DNA of 58,262 nucleotides from Chlamydiia bacterium (GTDB lineage Bacteria; Chlamydiota; Chlamydiia; Chlamydiales; JBMOFD01): NCBI GenBank assembly GCA_049314435.1, contig JBMOFD010000001.1, positions 1 to 58,262 of the forward strand, read 5' to 3'. Shown piece by piece: positions 1 to 9,232 of this stretch (position 1 is its first letter; each line of letters starts with the position of its first letter). The notes under the pieces were generated by a model. It saw only the letters and a program-made list of their open reading frames with translations, ran no database searches and was not told where the DNA came from. The position numbers and the translations under genes were made by a program.

Positions 1-478
1 GCCCACTCGCGAGAGTGGGAATCTCATCGGCTTTAGCCGATCGAGAGAAGTCAAGACCGAGCGTTGGATAGGAGTGCGCCTAGGCGGAGGCGCTTAACAG
101 CAAGGTTGCTTCCATTCTAAGGCCATGCCACTGATCGTGATGGATGAGCAATGTGTGTTCCATAGCATGGCTCTGATCATCTATCGCCGAGCGCTACACA
201 ACTTTGTTGGAGCAGATGACGCATCCCCATTGCGTGAAGGTCTCGATTGACCAGGTGATTGATGAACTGGATGACATTCTAAAGCAGTTTGAGTCGGCCG
301 TCCGCACCGAGTCAGATCCGGAACAGAGAGGAGAAAGCTCGGAAGGCAGCTCGAGCACCACGTCAACCATTGTCCAGAAATAGCTGAGGGAAACCATCGC
401 AAGCCATGGGCTATCAATTACTTGATTGCCAAGAACACATGATCTATCCGATCATCGCCGCCCAAACCCAGGAATTTA

Positions 479-862
479 TTGATGATCAGCCGGTCTCCCA
501 TGAGCTCACCCACAAGTCATTTTGCAGGAAACATTGCGCTCAAGGGCTTTGGGGATGCTTCGGACGTTGTCTCTATAGAACGACGTCACCTCATGACGCC
601 CATCGTAGCGGACCTCCGGTCAGCACGACACATCGAAGCCGCTCGAACGGCTGTGGTGCTCCTCGTGAGAGCCTTCGACTTGCAGAAGAGCTACAGCGAG
701 ACTCCGGCTGGCGAAGCGACCTTTGAGTGGGTGATGTCCCGCCAACTCAGCCATCTCAACCATCGTCTACCTAGTGCCCGCCATGCGGTCTCCCAAGCGG
801 ACCTCCAGATTGTCAACGCTGAGTGGACCACCATCATAGAGACTGACACAGACGCCACCTAA
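479..862 (+). CDS. hypothetical protein (weak call)
   Basis: 127-aa ORF with mostly G/C third positions. No recognisable motif. Competes with overlapping ORF 406..726. Confidence 0.3.
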   Translation: MMISRSPMSSPTSHFAGNIALKGFGDASDVVSIERRHLMTPIVADLRSARHIEAARTAVVLLVRAFDLQKSYSETPAGEATFEWVMSRQLSHLNHRLPSARHAVSQADLQIVNAEWTTIIETDTDAT

Positions 863-890
863 ACACTCGTTGTAGGATTTGACCAGGCTG

Positions 891-942
891 TTTATTCGGA
901 GTATACTCCGAATAAAGACGACTTTTACCGGAGTACACTCCG
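891..942. promoter_or_regulatory. pair of related palindromes, operator-like, abutting the ATPase start
   Basis: Perfect 26-nt palindrome TTTATTCGGAGTATACTCCGAATAAA at 891..916. Its core recurs as CGGAGTACACTCCG at 929..942, 32 bp centre to centre, ending 2 nt before the GTG at 944. Confidence 0.45.
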
Positions 943-943
943 A

Positions 944-2248
944 GTGTTTGAGAAGATCCTCATCGACCAGAACCCTCAGTGGGAGGGTCACGCCTTCCCA
1001 GCCTCAGTGGCGCGGGAGGCTGAGACCTCCCTGGAGAAATACCTACCGCTCAAACATGTCATCTCGATCGCCGGCGTGCGGCGATCGGGCAAGAGCACCC
1101 TGGTACGCCAGGCCATGGCATGGTTGATCCGCCAGGGCGTTCCATCGCGAAACATCGTCTTTGGACAGTTGGAGCACCCGTTCTTCGTCGAATATGCCGC
1201 GGATGTACGTCATCTTGAGCGCTGGTTCGATGACTACCTCAACCTGATGAAGCCGGAAGGCACGGTCTACTGCTGTCTGGACGAAGTGCAGTTCTTCGCG
1301 GATTGGCCAGTCTTCGTAAAAGCCAAGTATGAATCCTCCAGCATCAAGTTCATGGTCACTGGGTCCAACTCCTTCCTACTCTCTTCCGATCTCTTGACGC
1401 TCTTGTCCGGAAGAACTCTTCCGATCAGTGTCTTTCCTCTCTCTTTTGCAGAGCTAGTAATGGCTCGCCTAGGTGGGTCCCAGATCGAAGCCGCCAACCT
1501 GGTCCGGCAACAAGCCAAGGTGCGGCAGCTCGTGGACGAGTATCTTCGCTATGGTGGCTTTCCTGAGGTGGCCTTGGACATCCCTAAAGAGCTGGCCGAC
1601 GAGGTCTTGGAGAACTACGCCAAATCGATTCTCTACCAAGATGTGGCGGGAAGATTGGGCTCCAAGAAGCCTCTGGCCATTGAGCGTCTCTTCTACTATC
1701 TAGCAGGCCATGTAGGCACTCGCTTCTCGTATGTCAAGTTGGCGGAACCATTCGGACTCACCGATAAGACCGTCAAAGAATATGTCGATGCCCTACAAGC
1801 CGCCTATCTTCTCTTTGTGGTGGATCAATTTAGCGTCTCGGTGAAGCAACAGGTCCGATCCAGTAAAAAGGCGTACCTGATCGATCCTGGTATGGCACAG
1901 GCCATCGCCTTCAAATTTTCTGAAAATCGCGGGCGGGTATTGGAAAATGCGGTGTTCCTCGAGCTGATGCGACGACACTCCGAAGTGTATTACTACCGGA
2001 CCGATCAGGGGGACGAGGTGGACTTCATCACCAAATCCAACAACGCCTGGGCCCTGGTACAGGTGTGCGCTGAGCTCAATGAAGATGCCTTGGAGAGAGA
2101 AGTCAGGGCACTAGTCACGGCGGCCAAGGAGTGCAAACTCGACAAAGGTCTCATTGTCACGCTCGACGAAGCCAAGGAATGGCAACAAGATGGCATCCAG
2201 CTTTCGGCCATCCCCTTTGCCCAGTGGGCTCTCTCGAAACAAGCCTAG
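944..2248 (+). CDS. AAA+ ATPase of the COG1373 / DUF4143 type
   Basis: 434-aa ORF with GTG start. Walker A is GVRRSGKSTL and Walker B-like is YCCLDEVQ. The C-terminal half (FSYVKLA...KKAYLIDPG...ENAVFLEL) matches the usual DUF4143 layout. Confidence 0.8.
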   Translation: MFEKILIDQNPQWEGHAFPASVAREAETSLEKYLPLKHVISIAGVRRSGKSTLVRQAMAWLIRQGVPSRNIVFGQLEHPFFVEYAADVRHLERWFDDYLNLMKPEGTVYCCLDEVQFFADWPVFVKAKYESSSIKFMVTGSNSFLLSSDLLTLLSGRTLPISVFPLSFAELVMARLGGSQIEAANLVRQQAKVRQLVDEYLRYGGFPEVALDIPKELADEVLENYAKSILYQDVAGRLGSKKPLAIERLFYYLAGHVGTRFSYVKLAEPFGLTDKTVKEYVDALQAAYLLFVVDQFSVSVKQQVRSSKKAYLIDPGMAQAIAFKFSENRGRVLENAVFLELMRRHSEVYYYRTDQGDEVDFITKSNNAWALVQVCAELNEDALEREVRALVTAAKECKLDKGLIVTLDEAKEWQQDGIQLSAIPFAQWALSKQA

Positions 2249-2454
2249 GTCACACGGCCACCCAAGGTCGGCTCTTCCGTTCTATCCAGACTACGGGGAG
2301 CTTCAACCTGTTCAAACCCGGCTTCAGCGGAGAACCACTTTCCTAAGTTCTCCTGTAGCGGCGCCGGGAAAAGTAGAAAAAATTGTCATGGACTGTTATC
2401 TCGGGAAGACATTCTGCGCGTCCATTGCGCCAATGTCCGAGGAGGCCGCGTCTT

Positions 2455-5400
2455 ATGAAGTTGCGACTAGCCAAATTGCCTACGGGAATCGGCTGGGGAG
2501 CCTGGCTCCTCATCGCTCCACTCGCGGGATGGACCTACGCCTCGGCGAGCCCCCCTACTGCGCAAGAGGGCTATACTGTTAACTTCTCCAATGTGAGTGT
2601 CCGCGAGTTCATCCGCTTCATCTCACGGGCTACGGGACAGAACTTCATCTTTGAGGACGAGAACCTCGACTTTCCGATCACCGTCATCTCTGAGGATCCG
2701 ACAGGACCTGAGAATCTGATGACGGCGCTGATCCAGCTCTTGAGAGCTCGCGGATATAGCTTGATTGAGCAGGGAGACAACCTCGTCATCCATAAGAGCA
2801 CCGATGTCTCGCAGGTGGCTAAGGTGATCACCTCGGAGGGAGAACATGTCGACCTCGACTCCAGTGCGATCGTCACACGCGTCTTTCGGCTGGATCGCCT
2901 GACTCCCGATGCAGCGATGCCTATCTTGCAACCGCTGGTTTCAGCATCAGCCAAGCTAGAGGCCTCACCGACCACAAAGCAGCTTATTCTGACCGATGTC
3001 AGCACGAACGTGGCTAAGGTGGCCGAGCTCCTAAAAGCCCTCGATGCTCCCAACCACTACATCGTCATGGGCATCTATGAGACGAAGTCGCCCTATCCAG
3101 CGGCGCTGGTAGACCAAGCAAAATCGATCCTTGCGCCCCTCATCGACAAGACACCCTTCCTGCTAGAGCCAGGAGTGGACGACAAGAAGATCTTCATTGT
3201 CTCCACCCAATACCTAATCGACCAGACGAAGGAAGTGCTTCAAGCGATCGAAGAGGCGGGTGTAGGCGCCCAACAGGGCCAGCCCTTCCTCTATCCCGTG
3301 CACACGCAGAGCGCCCCAACTCTCTTGGCGGCCCTACGCGAAGTCTCTAAGGGTCTAGAAGATAGTGGCGTGACGAAGAGCGATCTCCTTACGGCCATCC
3401 AGCAGGCGAAGGCAATCCCCAGCAACAATAGCCTACTCTTTACGGTCGATCAGAAGACGCAGCAACGGCTCTCCGATCTGTTGAAGGAGCTGGACGGGTC
3501 TCCCACCGATCGATCCACGGCGGCCACCCTGCTTTACCAGCCACAAAGCATGTCCACTGCGGAGATGCAGAAGCTACTGACCTCGCTGGCCGATGCACTC
3601 AGCACCCAGCAGTCCGATCCCGACCTGGAGATGTGCTTACGGGGAGCTCGCGAGATCCCTGGGCAAGGGTTCCTCTTTACCGCCTCTCAAGCCACGCTCA
3701 ACCGACTCCAGGAGCTCCTGAAGTCAGCTGATGGCAAGCTGGGCAGCGTGAGTGAAGGTAGCTCTAGCCTCCTCATCTACCACCCCAAGAACCTCTCTGT
3801 CGCACAGCTCCGAGCCCAGCTTGCTGGGTTGGAGTCGATGCTCCGGAAGGAGGGGGACTCTGATGAGGCTTTGTTTCGTACTTTAAATGACGGACAAGGA
3901 CTCCTAGCCAGCAATAGCATCCTCTTTGGGGGGCCCCCTGCTACGCTGAAGAAGCTGCAGGCCTTTTTGAATGAACTAGACGTACCGGCGGCCGTTGGCA
4001 AATCAGCAGGGGTCGGCTCAGGAAGCAGCTCTGGAGGCGGTTCAGGCTATAATCCAGGTACACTGGTGGCCATTCCTCTCCGTGGAGATTCCACCAAGGT
4101 CTTTGAGGAGCTAAAAGCCACGTCGGCTACGTTGGATCCGGGGCTAAGCGAGGCCCTCAGCCGCGCCACCTTGATCCCGCAGTCCAACACTCTTCTCATG
4201 CAGGGGGATGAGGGCACGATCGCCGCCGTTAGGCAGTTACTCATGTCGATGGGTGCGCTGGCGACTCCCGAGGAGGAATCCACGGTGATCGTCTATCGGC
4301 CGATGGCGATTAGCCTGCCAGCTCTTCAAGCTGGCGTGGCCGACTTAGCGATGCAACTCCAACAGACAGCTCACCCCGACACACACCTTCTGGAGGCTCT
4401 CTCCTCCGCGCGCATCTCCACCGCATCGAACAGCCTTGTCTTCACCGCTCCTGCCAACGCCCAGAAACAGTTGGAAGCTCTGCTCAAACAGATCGACCAA
4501 GCAGTAGGGGCACAAGCGTCGAGCCACTATTGGATTGCGTCGATTTCAACACCGGGTGGAGCTGTCGCGGCCCTCGAGAAACTTCGGTCTCTCTCATCGG
4601 AGCTTCAGGCATCCGGGTTGGCCAATCCGAGCCTCCTTGCCGCGATCCAGATGGCCCAGATCATCGATGATGGGCAAAGCATCGCTTTTTCTAGCGATGA
4701 TAAGACGCTGAGTGATCTTCAGGCCTTAATGCAGCAGCTCGACAAAGCCGACGCAGGTGCGATCGCCTTCTATTCTGCCAAGAACATGAGTGCCTCCGCA
4801 CTAAAGACCGACCTCGTGGAGTTCCTCCATGCCATGGGTCTCACAGCAGAGGTTTATCGCCCGCTGCAGAAGGCGGCGGACTCCGCCCTTGTGATGGCCG
4901 ATGGCAAGACCCTCTCGATCACTGGGGAAAAGGAACCGGTTCAGCAGATTGAGAATCTGCTCAATCGGCTCGATCAACCCCAGACTCAGGCAGGGAGTGT
5001 CTACCTCTATCACATTCCGGCGAACACGACGGAGCAGGCAACCAGCGACCGAATCGTTCAATTTACGCAGCAGCTCAAGCAGGCTGGTGGGGATCGCAAG
5101 CTCATTGCAGCCCTGCAAAGCGGGCACTATATGCCCGATAGCAATGCGATCGCCTTCAAAGGAGACAGTGCGACCCTGGACCAGCTCCCAGCGCTTCTAG
5201 CCGAGCTCCACCCAGCGGTCGCTATACCAGGGAGTGTATGGCTCTATGTGCTGCCACCCACAAGCAACCCGACTGAAGTGCTCACCTCGGTCGATCAGTT
5301 TGCCCGTGGGTTAAGGGCACGCGGAGGCAATCATAGTCTCATCGCAGCCTTGGAGAGCCGTAACTACCTGACCCAGAGCAACTCGATTGCCTTCAATGGA

Positions 5401-8193
5401 GATGAGGCGACCCTAAAAGCGCTACAGAGCCTCATGAAGGATCTTCAGCCAGCGGGCACTGGAACAGTGGAGACTCTCACCTACCAAGCCAAGAACGTGG
5501 CTCCCGATGCGCTGTTAAGCAGCCTGAAAGATGCCGCAAACAAGTTCTCTGCATCAGGCGGAGCCTATTCTCTGATACGTGCTCTACAAGGCGCGCAGAC
5601 GGTCGGACCCACCCATGCCATTGTCATCCAAATAGACCCAATGCTCAGACCTACGGTCGAGAGCCTTCTAGCCTCTTTGGATACAGCGCAGGGAGTGGGC
5701 ACCGTACGCCTGATTCCGATTCCAGCGGGTGTGTCCAGTGAACAGTATATACAGGCCATCGACGCTCTAGCGGCACAGGTGGGCAGGAGCCAGCATCCCG
5801 ATCCGAGCCTAGAGAGTGCACTACGCTCACGGGCTCTTCTCGGGGAGTCTCGTACTCTGAGCTTTACCGGATCGGCCAATGTCCTCGATCAGCTCCCAAC
5901 GATGCTCTCCCAGCTTCAGCTTACGGTCGCAGGGGACCATCTCACGAGTTTTGCTTACCGACCCGTGCACATGGTCGCCTCGGCCCTTCAGCAATCTCTG
6001 GAGTCGGTCGCTCAGAACCTGCAGAAGGCGGGAGCCAACTCCGCACTGATAGCGGGCCTACGATCCGCCGAAGCCCTACCTAATGGTCGTGGCCTCCTCT
6101 TTACCATGGATACCACACAGATCGACGCTGTAAAGGCCATCCTCACCGACCTCGATGTTCCAACTCTCTCGGGAACAAGCCTCTTCATCTATCCCATCCA
6201 ACAAGCCAGCATCGCTGATCTAGAGAACAGCTTGGCTCAGATCGCTGAAGACCTAGCCAAGACAGGAGCTCCACTGGATCAACAGATCGCGGCTGCCATG
6301 CAGAAGGTGAAGGTGCTGACGGCGGCCCATTCTCTACTATTCAGTGGGCCTACAGAGGCCTTGGAGAAGATACAGAAGCTCATTCCCACTTTAGATGTGG
6401 CAGCGCCAGGCCCAGCAGTCCAGCCAGATAAGCCGCAGCTCTTCCTCTACCGAGCTCAAGCGGTCCCGGTCGCCCAGATTGAAGCTGGTCTAACAGCCTT
6501 GGAAAAGACGCTCCTACCCAATTCACCCGATGATCAGGCCTTGTTGGTTACCCTGAAGGGTGCCCACGTCATGCCAGATGGGAAGAGCATTCTCTTTACG
6601 GGCACGCCATCTACTCTGGCGCGCCTGCAAGCCACTCTCACGACGTTAGACGGCGGCCCTGGAGCCAATGCCACTGTAGGCACCCAGTTCCTCATCTACC
6701 GCCTCCAAAGCGCAACACCGGAACGAGTGGAGAGCAGCCTGAGAGCTTTAGCCCAATCGCTACAGAAATCGGGTCTGGAAGACGACGCGTTCTTCCGGTC
6801 GGTCGCCAACATGCAGATCGACCACAAGAGCAATGCCCTGGTCTTCTCTGGGGGCAAAGAAACCTTCTCACAGCTGCAGCCGATCATTGCGGTTTATGAT
6901 GTACGGGCGAACTCCACAGATGCGGATCGCGCTGTGATCGAACCGGTCTCTAATACGACGTTCATGGTCTACAAGCTCCGCTATCTACAGGGCAACGAGA
7001 TCGAGAACACGCTTAGGCAGATGGGCGCCGAATTGCTGAAGATCAATCCCGATGCCAATAAAGACCTTGTCCATGCGATCGGCACGATGCAGTGGATCCA
7101 AAGCAGCAATACGCTCTGCTGCAGCGGCGTGCAAGATACCCTCGAAAAACTCCGCAGCATCATCGCCAATATCGACGTACCGCTTAAGCAGGTCTTCATC
7201 GAAGTCCTCGTGATCAAGACCTCCCTGCAGAACAGTTACAACTTCCAGTTGGATTGGGTAGGTCAGGGCGTGATCAACCCGAACTTTGCCGTGTCACTTG
7301 GAAATGCCTCCTCAGCGGGAACCACAACAGGGCAGGGATCCAACTCGTTACCGCCTCTCTTTGACCTCGTAACGAGCACAGGCATCAACCAACCTGTGAC
7401 CACCTCAGCCACTGAGTCCTTGCTCTCGAACCAGTTCTCCATGGGGGCTATCGGGAACATCGTGCGCCACTGCGGGAAGACCTACTTTGACCTAGGCTCC
7501 CTGGTGAACGCGATTGAGACCGACCAGTCCGCGACTGTGGTGATCAATCCCAAGCTCATTGCTCAGGATAGTAACACCTCCACGATGTTCCGTGGACAAA
7601 CCCTCGGCTTCATTACACAGCAGACGCAGGTCTTCAGCACGGCCACGTCCAATGCCACCACCATCGACTACCGTACAGTCGGCGTGAACCTGACGATCAC
7701 CCCGATCATCAGCGGTGACGTGGTGACCTTGGAGATCGACCAGACCTACTCCAACGTGAGCCAGGGCTTCACCCCGACCCCAGGCTTGGGTGCTCTGTCA
7801 GGAGCAGGTGCCTTCCCGACAGACATCCTCCAGTGCTCAACAAGAGCACACGTGCCTGACCAAGCGATCCTCTGCATCAGCGGCATGCTCGACCGCGACG
7901 TCGAGCAGACGGTCCAGCGCGTTCCCTGCTTGGGAGCCATCCCTCTGCTCGGAGCGCTGTTCTCTTCGGAGGCCAACTCTGACACCCGACAGAACATCAT
8001 GGTCTTCATCAAGCCCTACATCATCGCCTCCTTGGATGAGATGAGAGCCGTAACGCAGAACAATGCTAAACTCATTCGTGAAGGCGGAGACTGCTATACA
8101 CGCGATGAAGTGCAAGAGGGCTTTGACCAAATCGGCTATGACAAGATACCTCTACGAGACGATGTGGACATCCCCTGTGATGGCGATTATTAG
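2455..8193 (+). CDS. giant secretin (GspD/PilQ/SctC superfamily) with an expanded periplasmic N-domain array
   Basis: I prefer the ATG at 2455: GGAGG lies 9 nt upstream and the product begins with signal peptide MKLRLAKLPTGIGWGAWLLIAPLAGWTYASA. An N0-like domain (YTVNFSNVSVREFIRFISRATGQNFIFEDE) is followed by many N1/N3-like modules. The C-terminal secretin core has IDVPLKQVFIEVLVIKT, VGVNLTITPIISGDVVTLEIDQ and VPCLGAIPLLGALFSS...IMVFIKPYII. Confidence 0.9.
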   Translation: MKLRLAKLPTGIGWGAWLLIAPLAGWTYASASPPTAQEGYTVNFSNVSVREFIRFISRATGQNFIFEDENLDFPITVISEDPTGPENLMTALIQLLRARGYSLIEQGDNLVIHKSTDVSQVAKVITSEGEHVDLDSSAIVTRVFRLDRLTPDAAMPILQPLVSASAKLEASPTTKQLILTDVSTNVAKVAELLKALDAPNHYIVMGIYETKSPYPAALVDQAKSILAPLIDKTPFLLEPGVDDKKIFIVSTQYLIDQTKEVLQAIEEAGVGAQQGQPFLYPVHTQSAPTLLAALREVSKGLEDSGVTKSDLLTAIQQAKAIPSNNSLLFTVDQKTQQRLSDLLKELDGSPTDRSTAATLLYQPQSMSTAEMQKLLTSLADALSTQQSDPDLEMCLRGAREIPGQGFLFTASQATLNRLQELLKSADGKLGSVSEGSSSLLIYHPKNLSVAQLRAQLAGLESMLRKEGDSDEALFRTLNDGQGLLASNSILFGGPPATLKKLQAFLNELDVPAAVGKSAGVGSGSSSGGGSGYNPGTLVAIPLRGDSTKVFEELKATSATLDPGLSEALSRATLIPQSNTLLMQGDEGTIAAVRQLLMSMGALATPEEESTVIVYRPMAISLPALQAGVADLAMQLQQTAHPDTHLLEALSSARISTASNSLVFTAPANAQKQLEALLKQIDQAVGAQASSHYWIASISTPGGAVAALEKLRSLSSELQASGLANPSLLAAIQMAQIIDDGQSIAFSSDDKTLSDLQALMQQLDKADAGAIAFYSAKNMSASALKTDLVEFLHAMGLTAEVYRPLQKAADSALVMADGKTLSITGEKEPVQQIENLLNRLDQPQTQAGSVYLYHIPANTTEQATSDRIVQFTQQLKQAGGDRKLIAALQSGHYMPDSNAIAFKGDSATLDQLPALLAELHPAVAIPGSVWLYVLPPTSNPTEVLTSVDQFARGLRARGGNHSLIAALESRNYLTQSNSIAFNGDEATLKALQSLMKDLQPAGTGTVETLTYQAKNVAPDALLSSLKDAANKFSASGGAYSLIRALQGAQTVGPTHAIVIQIDPMLRPTVESLLASLDTAQGVGTVRLIPIPAGVSSEQYIQAIDALAAQVGRSQHPDPSLESALRSRALLGESRTLSFTGSANVLDQLPTMLSQLQLTVAGDHLTSFAYRPVHMVASALQQSLESVAQNLQKAGANSALIAGLRSAEALPNGRGLLFTMDTTQIDAVKAILTDLDVPTLSGTSLFIYPIQQASIADLENSLAQIAEDLAKTGAPLDQQIAAAMQKVKVLTAAHSLLFSGPTEALEKIQKLIPTLDVAAPGPAVQPDKPQLFLYRAQAVPVAQIEAGLTALEKTLLPNSPDDQALLVTLKGAHVMPDGKSILFTGTPSTLARLQATLTTLDGGPGANATVGTQFLIYRLQSATPERVESSLRALAQSLQKSGLEDDAFFRSVANMQIDHKSNALVFSGGKETFSQLQPIIAVYDVRANSTDADRAVIEPVSNTTFMVYKLRYLQGNEIENTLRQMGAELLKINPDANKDLVHAIGTMQWIQSSNTLCCSGVQDTLEKLRSIIANIDVPLKQVFIEVLVIKTSLQNSYNFQLDWVGQGVINPNFAVSLGNASSAGTTTGQGSNSLPPLFDLVTSTGINQPVTTSATESLLSNQFSMGAIGNIVRHCGKTYFDLGSLVNAIETDQSATVVINPKLIAQDSNTSTMFRGQTLGFITQQTQVFSTATSNATTIDYRTVGVNLTITPIISGDVVTLEIDQTYSNVSQGFTPTPGLGALSGAGAFPTDILQCSTRAHVPDQAILCISGMLDRDVEQTVQRVPCLGAIPLLGALFSSEANSDTRQNIMVFIKPYIIASLDEMRAVTQNNAKLIREGGDCYTRDEVQEGFDQIGYDKIPLRDDVDIPCDGDY
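3055..7185 (+). repeat. protein-level tandem array of about 16 secretin N-domain-like modules (79-90 aa each)
   Basis: The pattern recurs: hydrophobic strand (xLxIY / VYLY / FLIY), helix, LIAALQ-type helix, SN(S/A)(I/L)xFxG, TLxxLQxLLxxLD(V)P. Adjacent units starting near 4992 and 5230 are the most similar pair (GSVYLYHIP...LIAALQSGHYMPDSNAIAFKGDSATLDQL versus GSVWLYVLP...LIAALESRNYLTQSNSIAFNGDEATLKAL). Confidence 0.75.
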
Positions 8194-9055
8194 CCTTGGA
8201 CTTCTGTCGGGGTGCGCACGCACCCCGGAGCCCTCGGCGCCCCTCACCGTTCTACCTCCTTCTACTCTCCTTAAGCGACTGCCCTCCTGTAGTCAGCCCC
8301 CAGATTCCGGAGCCCTGTGGGCCAGTGAATGGAAGATCGGGCAAGCCTTTGGGCGAGAGGGAGACTACTACCGAGCCATCACCGCCTTCAAACGGGCTCT
8401 CATCCTTTTGCCGCAAGAGGACACCAGTCAGCGTTTCTACCTCCAGTACGACATCCTCCTCGCCTACTCACTCGCCGGTCACTGGCAAGACGCCCTTGAC
8501 TACTACAGGCAGAGTGATCTCCCCATGATCCCTCCAGACTTTGTCTGCAGAAGAGATCTGCTCCTTCTGGTCCAAGAGCTCTTCCTACAGACAGGGCAAA
8601 TCGAAACAAGTGCCGCCATCGACCCCCTTCTCCCCTCTCCAGACAAGGAGGTCAACCAGATCTCTCGCCCTTTGCAACTCCGGCAATGGGAGACCGTCCC
8701 CTTAGACACCTTCACGGAGGCCTACCTAGCACATCGCAAGGACCCCAAAAAGGCCGCCATGCTGCAGATGATCCCAGGTGCTGGCTACCTCTATGTAGGT
8801 CAAACCAAATCGGCCGTCACCTCTCTGGTTGTCAATGCCCTCTCGATCTGGGCCATCGCCTCCCTGGTGAACCACCAGCAGATTGCCGCGGCCTGTCTAG
8901 TGGGCACCCTCGAGGTCGGCTGGTATTTCGGAGGGATCCATGGAGCCTCCCTCGCCGCCCACCATTGGAACGAACGCCTCGGTGAGCAGCTAGGTCGCCC
9001 CCTCCTCACCCAAGATCGCTACGCCCCGCTCTTTCGGCTTGAATACCTGTTCTAG
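8162..9055 (+). CDS. TPR-containing lipoprotein with C-terminal hydrophobic helices; start overlaps the secretin stop
   Basis: Lipobox LLSGC follows MAIISLGLL. Candidate starts are 8138, 8162 and 8180, all overlapping the secretin 3' end. TPR-like stretch GDYYRAITAFKRALILLP...AYSLAGHWQDALDYYRQ. Two hydrophobic segments lie near the C-terminus (IPGAGYLYVGQTKSAVTSLVVNALSIWAIASLV and AACLVGTLEVGWYFGGI). Confidence 0.6.
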   Translation: MWTSPVMAIISLGLLSGCARTPEPSAPLTVLPPSTLLKRLPSCSQPPDSGALWASEWKIGQAFGREGDYYRAITAFKRALILLPQEDTSQRFYLQYDILLAYSLAGHWQDALDYYRQSDLPMIPPDFVCRRDLLLLVQELFLQTGQIETSAAIDPLLPSPDKEVNQISRPLQLRQWETVPLDTFTEAYLAHRKDPKKAAMLQMIPGAGYLYVGQTKSAVTSLVVNALSIWAIASLVNHQQIAAACLVGTLEVGWYFGGIHGASLAAHHWNERLGEQLGRPLLTQDRYAPLFRLEYLF

Positions 9056-9056
9056 T

Positions 9057-9103
9057 AGGGGATTTCTTTTGTGGGGGATTTCTTTTGTGGGGGATTTCAT
9101 CCC
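9057..9103. repeat. short tandem direct repeat (16 nt x2 plus a partial copy that forms a hairpin)
   Basis: GGGGATTTCTTTTGTG at 9057..9072 and 9073..9088, then GGGGATTTCATCCCC at 9089..9103 (GGGGA/TCCCC stem). It starts directly after the lipoprotein stop. Confidence 0.7.
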
Positions 9104-9232
9104 CCACGCCCCCTCTATGGCTGCCTCTAAGAAGCATTCTGGCTGGGAGAAGCTCTTCCTCTTGTCACCTTCGCCTAGGTGACTTAGCCTATTCGGGTTG
9201 AGTCGCTTTTCGCTCGACAAAAGGAGTGGTCT

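Noticed and set aside
1-130. Possible 3' end of 23S rRNA (GTTGGATAGG resembles the E. coli ...GTTGATAGG... region)
   Set aside because: The flanking, highly conserved 23S 3' blocks (GTGTAAG..., ...TACTAAT...) are absent. The resemblance is limited to about 10 nt.
127-383. Short ORFs 127..252 and 216..383 (the latter encodes ...VSIDQVIDELDDILKQFESAV...)
   Set aside because: Both are under 60 aa, lie in different frames and carry no motif. Coding cannot be distinguished from chance.
2383-2454. Longest-ORF start of the secretin (MSWTVISGRHSARPL...)
   Set aside because: The ATG at 2455 has a GGAGG ribosome-binding site and begins a proper signal peptide. The 24 upstream codons look non-coding.
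8063-8137. Longest-ORF start of the TPR lipoprotein gene, inside the secretin 3' end
   Set aside because: The lipoprotein signal peptide and lipobox begin much later. Starts at 8138, 8162 or 8180 are more plausible than a 130-nt overlap.
9057-9103. Possible CRISPR array (direct repeats)
   Set aside because: Only 2.5 contiguous 16-nt copies with no spacers. This is a simple tandem repeat.
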